Assembly (NCBI GenBank): GCA_024402135.1
Contig: JAKSJN010000010.1
Location: forward strand, 6,074 to 70,073
Source: Bacteroidales bacterium
GTDB lineage: Bacteria > Bacteroidota > Bacteroidia > Bacteroidales > UBA932
Length of the DNA stretch: 64,000 bases
Reading direction: 5' to 3'
The translations under genes and the position numbers were made by a program. The notes under the pieces were generated by a model. The model was given only the letters and a program-made list of their open reading frames with translations. It did not search any database and was not told where the DNA came from. This document shows, piece after piece, positions 58,871 through 64,000 of the stretch. Numbering within the stretch: the first letter of the stretch is position 1; every line of letters starts with the position of its first letter.

Positions 58871-59578
58871 ATGTTCATCTTCAACTCATCAATCGGAAAG
58901 AAATTCATCCAGAGTATCAGTGGTGCTTTCCTTATCATCTTCCTGCTTCTGCACGCTACCATCAATTTCTTCTCGGTGATCGACGCTATTACCGGCAAGT
59001 TCGGTGCAGTTGCTGCTGACGACAAGCTTTTCTCAGCAGGTGACGGTCTCTTCAAGCTCGGTTGCGACTTCATGTCAACCCCAGTGATCACCATCATGGT
59101 CCCTGTACTCGCACTCGGTTTCCTCGTGCATATCGTATATGGTATCTGGCTTTCATACCAGAACCTCAAGGCTCGTGGCCCGCAGAAGTATGAGGTTGCA
59201 AGCAAGGCTGCAGCAGACAGCTGGTCAGCAAAGAACATGCTCGTCCTCGGTATCGTGATTCTCGGTATCATCGCATTCCACCTCACCCATTTCTGGGCTG
59301 ACATGCAGCTCCAGGAGTTCATCGGCAACGAGGCTGAGAACAACCCATATCTTCTCCTTACCCAGACCTTCGGCAGCCCTGTAGTCCTCATCATCTACAT
59401 CGCTTGGTTCGCCGCTGTATGGTTCCACCTCATCCACGGTTTCTGGAGCATGTTCCAGACCATCGGCTGGAATGGCCAGACCTGGTTCAAGAGAGTAAAG
59501 GTGATCGGTGTCATCGTGGCAAGCGTAATCTGCCTCATGTTCGTTGCTACCGCAGTGACCGCTTTCATCATGGCATAA
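58871..59578 (+). CDS. sdhC: Succinate dehydrogenase/fumarate reductase cytochrome b subunit (stand-alone)
   Basis: SSIGKKFIQSISG start, 5 TMs, four His in helices (LLH, LVH, AFH, WFH), HGFWSMFQTIG; own -7 box at 58823-58830. Confidence 0.88.
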   Translation: MFIFNSSIGKKFIQSISGAFLIIFLLLHATINFFSVIDAITGKFGAVAADDKLFSAGDGLFKLGCDFMSTPVITIMVPVLALGFLVHIVYGIWLSYQNLKARGPQKYEVASKAAADSWSAKNMLVLGIVILGIIAFHLTHFWADMQLQEFIGNEAENNPYLLLTQTFGSPVVLIIYIAWFAAVWFHLIHGFWSMFQTIGWNGQTWFKRVKVIGVIVASVICLMFVATAVTAFIMA

Positions 59579-59696
59579 ATGATGCGAGTATTCCACTGTT
59601 AATAAATTTGTTGAAAATATAAATTTTCCGTATCTTTGCGGTCCCTATTTTGTGTAGGGATCGCAATTTTTTATTAACTAATTAAAGATCAAGACA

Positions 59697-60149
59697 GTGG
59701 ACACACAAAGCTACAAGACAGTATCGCTCAATGCAGCGACTGTAAAGAAAGAGTGGGTTCTCATCGATGCTACCGATCTGGTACTCGGACGTCTTAGCTC
59801 AAGAGTTGCTCTCGTCCTCCGTGGCAAGAACAAGCCTGGCTTCACTCCTCACGTTGACTGTGGTGACAACGTCATCATCATCAACGCCGAGAAGGTCGCT
59901 CTCAAGGGCAACAAGATGACCGATCGCGTCTACACCCGTTACACCGGTTATCCGGGCGGACAGCGCTTCACCACACCTAAGGAGATCCTTGAGAAGCGCC
60001 CTACCGAACTCATCAGGATGGCTGTCAAGGGAATGCTCCCTAAGACCCGCCTCGGAGACAAGATTATCAACAATCTTCACATCTACGCAGGTCCTGAGCA
60101 CCCACATCAGGCACAGAATCCTAGAGAAATTAAGTTGAACGAAATCTAA
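59697..60149 (+). CDS. rplM: 50S ribosomal protein L13 (GTG start)
   Basis: LGRLSS, LRGKNKP.FTPHVDCGD, GMLPK; -7 box at 59631-59638. Confidence 0.97.
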   Translation: MDTQSYKTVSLNAATVKKEWVLIDATDLVLGRLSSRVALVLRGKNKPGFTPHVDCGDNVIIINAEKVALKGNKMTDRVYTRYTGYPGGQRFTTPKEILEKRPTELIRMAVKGMLPKTRLGDKIINNLHIYAGPEHPHQAQNPREIKLNEI

Positions 60150-60158
60150 ACAGAGCAA

Positions 60159-60548
60159 ATGGAACAAATTCACGCCCTTGGAAGACGTAAGGCAGCAGTA
60201 GCTCGCGTTTATATCGTAGCTGGCTCAGGCAAGATCGCAATCAACGGCCGCTCCCTCGAAGAGTACTTCGCAGAGGACTCACTCCGTTATGTTGTGAACC
60301 AGCCTATGTCAGTGACCAAGACTGAAGGCCAGTTTGACCTCAAGATCACCGTCGTTGGTGGTGGTATCAAGGGTCAGGCTGAGGCAATAAGACTCGGCAT
60401 CTCTCGCGCTCTTTGCGAGGTTGATAAAGAGGCTTATCGTTCTGCACTCAAGGCAGCCGGTTTCCTCACCCGCGATCCACGCGAGGTCGAGAGAAAGAAG
60501 CCAGGACAGCCAGGCGCACGCAGACGCTTCCAGTTCAGCAAACGTTAA
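60159..60548 (+). CDS. rpsI: 30S ribosomal protein S9
   Basis: [33 protein letters not shown]. Confidence 0.97.
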   Translation: MEQIHALGRRKAAVARVYIVAGSGKIAINGRSLEEYFAEDSLRYVVNQPMSVTKTEGQFDLKITVVGGGIKGQAEAIRLGISRALCEVDKEAYRSALKAAGFLTRDPREVERKKPGQPGARRRFQFSKR

Positions 60549-60726
60549 TCTTACTCCTGTTTTACAAACAAGCACAGTCCGGTTGATAAACTTTCTGACC
60601 TTCGGCGAGATGAGAATCCACGAAGCTGCTTGAAGGTTGCCGGGACTGCGGAAAAGTCCGGAGATTGGCAAGGCCACTACTTCGAACTTGAAGAAAAGAG
60701 AAAAATTCTTATAATTTTTAAAAGAA

Positions 60727-61551
60727 ATGTCAAGATCAAATTTCCAGGAACTGCTTGACTCAGGTGTACACTTCGGTCACCTGTCGAGAAAGTGGAATCC
60801 TAAGATGGCTCCATACATCTTCATCGAGAGAAACGGAATCCACATCATCGATCTGCACAAGACCCTCGTTCAGCTTGACGAGGCTGCAGAAGTTATGAAG
60901 GAGCTTGCACGCTCAGGCCGCAAGATTCTCTTCGTCGCTACAAAGAAGCAGGCTAAAGATATTGTTTCAGAGAAGGCAGCATCTGTAAACATGCCTTCAA
61001 TCACCGAGCGCTGGGCAGGTGGTATGCTTACCAACTTCCCTACCATCCGCAAGGCCATCAAGAAGATGAGCACCATCGACAAGATGAAGGAGGATGGTAC
61101 TTTCGACAAGCTCGCAAAGAGAGAGCGTCTCCAGATCGACCGCCAGAGAGCAAAGCTCGAGAAGAACCTCGGTTCCATCAGGGACATGAGCCGTCTTCCA
61201 TCAGCTCTCTTCGTCGTAGACATCCAGAAAGAAGCTAACGCAGTCAAGGAGGCTAACCGCCTCAACATTCCGGTATTCGCTATGGTTGATACATGTTGCG
61301 ATCCTACACCGATTGATTACGTGATTCCGGCTAATGATGATGCAGCAAAGTCTATCGAATGTGTAATGAACGTACTTTGCAAGGCTATTCAGGAAGGTCT
61401 CGAGGAGAGAAAGCTTGAGAAGGATAAGGAAGTGGCAGCCGAGGAGGCAGCAGCTCCTGCAACCAAGAAGCTCCGTCCACGCAAGGGCGCAAAGGCTGAG
61501 GAGGCAGAAGAGGCAGCAGCTCCAGCAGCTGAGGCTCCAGCAGCCGAGTAA
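60727..61551 (+). CDS. rpsB: 30S ribosomal protein S2
   Basis: GVHFGH...WNPKM, FVATKKQA, RWAGGMLTN, PANDD. Confidence 0.97.
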   Translation: MSRSNFQELLDSGVHFGHLSRKWNPKMAPYIFIERNGIHIIDLHKTLVQLDEAAEVMKELARSGRKILFVATKKQAKDIVSEKAASVNMPSITERWAGGMLTNFPTIRKAIKKMSTIDKMKEDGTFDKLAKRERLQIDRQRAKLEKNLGSIRDMSRLPSALFVVDIQKEANAVKEANRLNIPVFAMVDTCCDPTPIDYVIPANDDAAKSIECVMNVLCKAIQEGLEERKLEKDKEVAAEEAAAPATKKLRPRKGAKAEEAEEAAAPAAEAPAAE

Positions 61552-61586
61552 TTCAAGTTCTGTTTAACTAATATAACTACGCAAAA

Positions 61587-62582
61587 ATGGCTATTTCAGC
61601 ACAGGACGTAATGAAACTGCGCAAGATGACCTCTGCCGGTATGATGGATTGCAAGAAGGCTCTCACCGAGGCTGACGGCGATTTCAACAAGGCAATGGAC
61701 ATCATCCGCGAGAAGGGTAAGCTCGTCGCTGCAAAGCGCGCTGACCGTGAGACTTCCGAGGGTGCAGTAAAGGCAAGAGTAGAGGGTGGCAAGGCTATTC
61801 TCGTATGCCTTGGTTGTGAGACTGACTTCGTTTCAAGAAACGAGGACTTCCAGAACCTCGCAGACAAGATCGCAGACGCTGCAATCGCAGCTTTCCCTGC
61901 TGATCTCGAGGCTCTCAAGGAGGTTAAGCTCGCTGACGGTCAGACCATCGCAGAGGCAGTTGAGGCTCAGACCGGCAAGACCGGTGAGAAGCACGTCATC
62001 GCTTACTATGCATGTGTAGAGGCTCCTTACATCAAGGAGTACATCCATAAGATCAACGGCAAGCTCGGTGCTCTCGTTGGCTTCAACAAGGAAGTTTCAG
62101 AGGAGCTCGCAAAGGGCGTTGCAATGCAGATCGCTTCAATGAACCCAGTTGCCATCTCTCCAGAGGAGTGCTCACAGGAGGTTATCGATAACGAGTACAA
62201 GGTCGCTATCGAGAAGACCAAGGAGGAGCTCGTTCTCAAGGCTGTTGAGGCTGCTCTCAAGAAGGCAGGCATCAACCCAGCTCACGTTGACAGCGAGGCT
62301 CACATCGAGTCTAACACCGCTAAGGGCTGGCTCACTCAGGAGCAGGCTGACCAGGCTCGCGAGATCATCAAGACCGTTTCTGAGGCAAAGGCAGCTGAGC
62401 TTCCTGCACAGATGGTTGAGAATATCGCAAAGGGTCGTCTCCAGAAGTTCTTCAAGGAGCAGACTCTTACCGAGCAGGAGTATCAGATGAGCGACGACAA
62501 GCAGACCGTAAAGGCTGCTATCGCTGCTGCTGACAAGGAGGCTAAGGTAGTTGCAATGAAGAGATTCTCTCTCGCTGACTAA
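61587..62582 (+). CDS. tsf: Elongation factor Ts
   Basis: LRKMTSAGMMDCKKAL, CETDFV, MQIASMNP, GRLQKFFKE. Confidence 0.97.
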   Translation: MAISAQDVMKLRKMTSAGMMDCKKALTEADGDFNKAMDIIREKGKLVAAKRADRETSEGAVKARVEGGKAILVCLGCETDFVSRNEDFQNLADKIADAAIAAFPADLEALKEVKLADGQTIAEAVEAQTGKTGEKHVIAYYACVEAPYIKEYIHKINGKLGALVGFNKEVSEELAKGVAMQIASMNPVAISPEECSQEVIDNEYKVAIEKTKEELVLKAVEAALKKAGINPAHVDSEAHIESNTAKGWLTQEQADQAREIIKTVSEAKAAELPAQMVENIAKGRLQKFFKEQTLTEQEYQMSDDKQTVKAAIAAADKEAKVVAMKRFSLAD

Positions 62583-62600
62583 TTACCTGTCACCATAAAG

Positions 62601-62633
62601 AAAAAAGGAGGGCGTTTACCGCTCTCCTTTTTT
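62601..62633 (+). terminator. Intrinsic terminator after tsf
   Basis: ggagggcg/cgctctcc stem flanked by A6 and T6. Confidence 0.85.
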
Positions 62634-62675
62634 GCGTATATTTGCAATGGGTAATCCCGTACCGAAACTTTAACC

Positions 62676-64000
62676 ATGGCAAATCCACTCAAGCAGCTTG
62701 CGGGCGAGACCGCGATATATGGTCTGAGCACCATTCTTGCCCGAATAATAAACTTCCTTTTTGTCCCGTTCTATACCAGACTTCTCACAACGGCTGAGTA
62801 TGGAGTAGTGACCGAATTCATGGCTTACATCGCCGTCCTCCAGGTCGTGATGGTCCTTGGACTCGAGACTGGCTGTTTCCGTTTCGCCAACAAGGAAGGC
62901 TGTTCGCCAAAGGCGGTCTATTCGAATGCGCTGGCGACTGTGACAGGTCTTGGTCTGGCATTCTTTGCCGCTATGATCGTGTTCGCCGAGCCTCTTGCCG
63001 GACTGCTGGGATATGCGGGTTACAAGAGCATGATGATCTATCTCGGAGGAATCCTTGCTTCCGACTCGATAACCGCCATACTCTTTGCCAAACTCCGTCA
63101 GGAGCATAAGGCCACCCGTTTTGCTGTACTCAAGACCGTCAAGATACTTACTGAGACAGGAGCAAACCTGTTCCTGTTCTTCGTATGGCCAGCTCAGCCT
63201 GATTTCAGCTATCCGCTGCTTGCGACCTTCATCAGCTGCGTGGTATGTCTGCTGCTCTTCGTTCCAGAGCTCCTTCGCTTCAGGTTTGAACTTGACGGCG
63301 ACCTGCTCAAGCGGATGCTTGCATACTCGATTCCGCTGATGATAGCAGGACTTCCAGGAGTGGCTAACGACTTCCTTGACAGAATCCTGTTCAGATGGTG
63401 TGATACTTCGTCAGAGGCTTGGAGAAGCAGCCTTGGAGTTTATCAGGCGGCAGTAAAACTGGCGGTAATCATGAACCTGTTCATCCAGATGTTCCGCTTC
63501 GCTGCCGAGCCATTCTTCTTCCAGCGTTCGAAGGATAAGAAATCGAAAGAACTGTATGCTGTCGTGCTGGAGTTCTTCACCGCTTTCTGTGGTCTCGTTT
63601 TCCTTGGGGTGATTCTTTATATCGACATCATCTCCCTCCTGCTGGGCCGTGACTTCCGTTCAGGCGTAGGTGTCGTTCCTATCATGCTTCTTTCGTATAT
63701 GCTGCTTGGAATGCAGTTCAATGTCAGCATGTGGTACAAGCTGTCCGGAAAGACTGGAATGGCCATATGGATCACCATGGCCGGCTTGTTTGTCACAGCC
63801 GTCATAAACCTGACTTTCATGCCGACATATTCCTACTGGGCATCGGCATTCGGCCATCTTGCAAGCTATCTTGTGATGTTCGTGCTCTGTGCGGCTCTTG
63901 GCGCAAAATATAACCCTTTCCCTTACCGCTGGGGACGTATCCTCGGCTTCTTCGGGCTCATGGGGGTATTCTATCTTGCTGCATTCCTGCTCGACAAGAC
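62676..64000 (+). CDS. Polysaccharide flippase / MATE-like membrane protein (runs off window end)
   Basis: Not in the ORF track because it is truncated. Translation begins MANPLKQLAGETAIYGLSTILARIINFLFVPFYTRLL...GLETGCFRF and appears open to 64000. Confidence 0.85.
   Translation, partial: MANPLKQLAGETAIYGLSTILARIINFLFVPFYTRLLTTAEYGVVTEFMAYIAVLQVVMVLGLETGCFRFANKEGCSPKAVYSNALATVTGLGLAFFAAMIVFAEPLAGLLGYAGYKSMMIYLGGILASDSITAILFAKLRQEHKATRFAVLKTVKILTETGANLFLFFVWPAQPDFSYPLLATFISCVVCLLLFVPELLRFRFELDGDLLKRMLAYSIPLMIAGLPGVANDFLDRILFRWCDTSSEAWRSSLGVYQAAVKLAVIMNLFIQMFRFAAEPFFFQRSKDKKSKELYAVVLEFFTAFCGLVFLGVILYIDIISLLLGRDFRSGVGVVPIMLLSYMLLGMQFNVSMWYKLSGKTGMAIWITMAGLFVTAVINLTFMPTYSYWASAFGHLASYLVMFVLCAALGAKYNPFPYRWGRILGFFGLMGVFYLAAFLLDK

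Noticed and set aside
61587-62582. Long EF-Ts with internal insertion
   Set aside because: An insertion of this kind is a usual feature of Bacteroidales EF-Ts
69-63913. Many 60-290 aa ORFs in the track antisense to or nested in real genes (e.g. 12328-13581, 21179-21994, 22159-23022, 35308-36111, 38959-39879)
   Set aside because: They are shadow ORFs typical of GC-rich coding DNA, with no family motifs, and they fully overlap well-supported genes

Overview
A gene-dense, GC-rich Bacteroidota (Bacteroidales-like) chromosomal segment. The assignment rests on recurrent TAnnTTTG -7 promoter boxes, scarce Shine-Dalgarno sites, the rplM-rpsI-rpsB-tsf order and a Bacteroidetes-type TopA C-terminus. 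Most of the window is housekeeping or catabolic: the sufB start, aroC, an aroD-aroA fusion, asnC, topA, PBP1A-ddl-prmC, rlhA, trpB2, pepP, asnA, a GH3, rmuC, dusB, hemW, peptidases, a hexuronate cluster, yhhQ-queC-queF, lpxK, frr-pyrH, an orphan sdhC, ribosomal genes and a truncated flippase. The accessory part is an integrase-less 5.8-kb islet in the 3' end of tRNA-Leu(TAA), bounded by a 226-bp direct repeat (28331-28556 / 34107-34332). Its right end looks like a decayed prophage end: an endolysin (amidase_3) fragment, then an AT-rich, tightly coupled three-gene operon (TIGR04255-family protein, small acidic protein, PemK/MazF-like protein), then attR. This operon is the best candidate for an undescribed toxin-antitoxin-chaperone-like or anti-phage system. 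Cis-regulatory RNAs read directly from the sequence include a Trp-Trp-Trp leader-peptide attenuator on the stand-alone trpB2 and a preQ1-I riboswitch abutting the yhhQ start codon. All family assignments are motif recognition by eye; no database searches were run.
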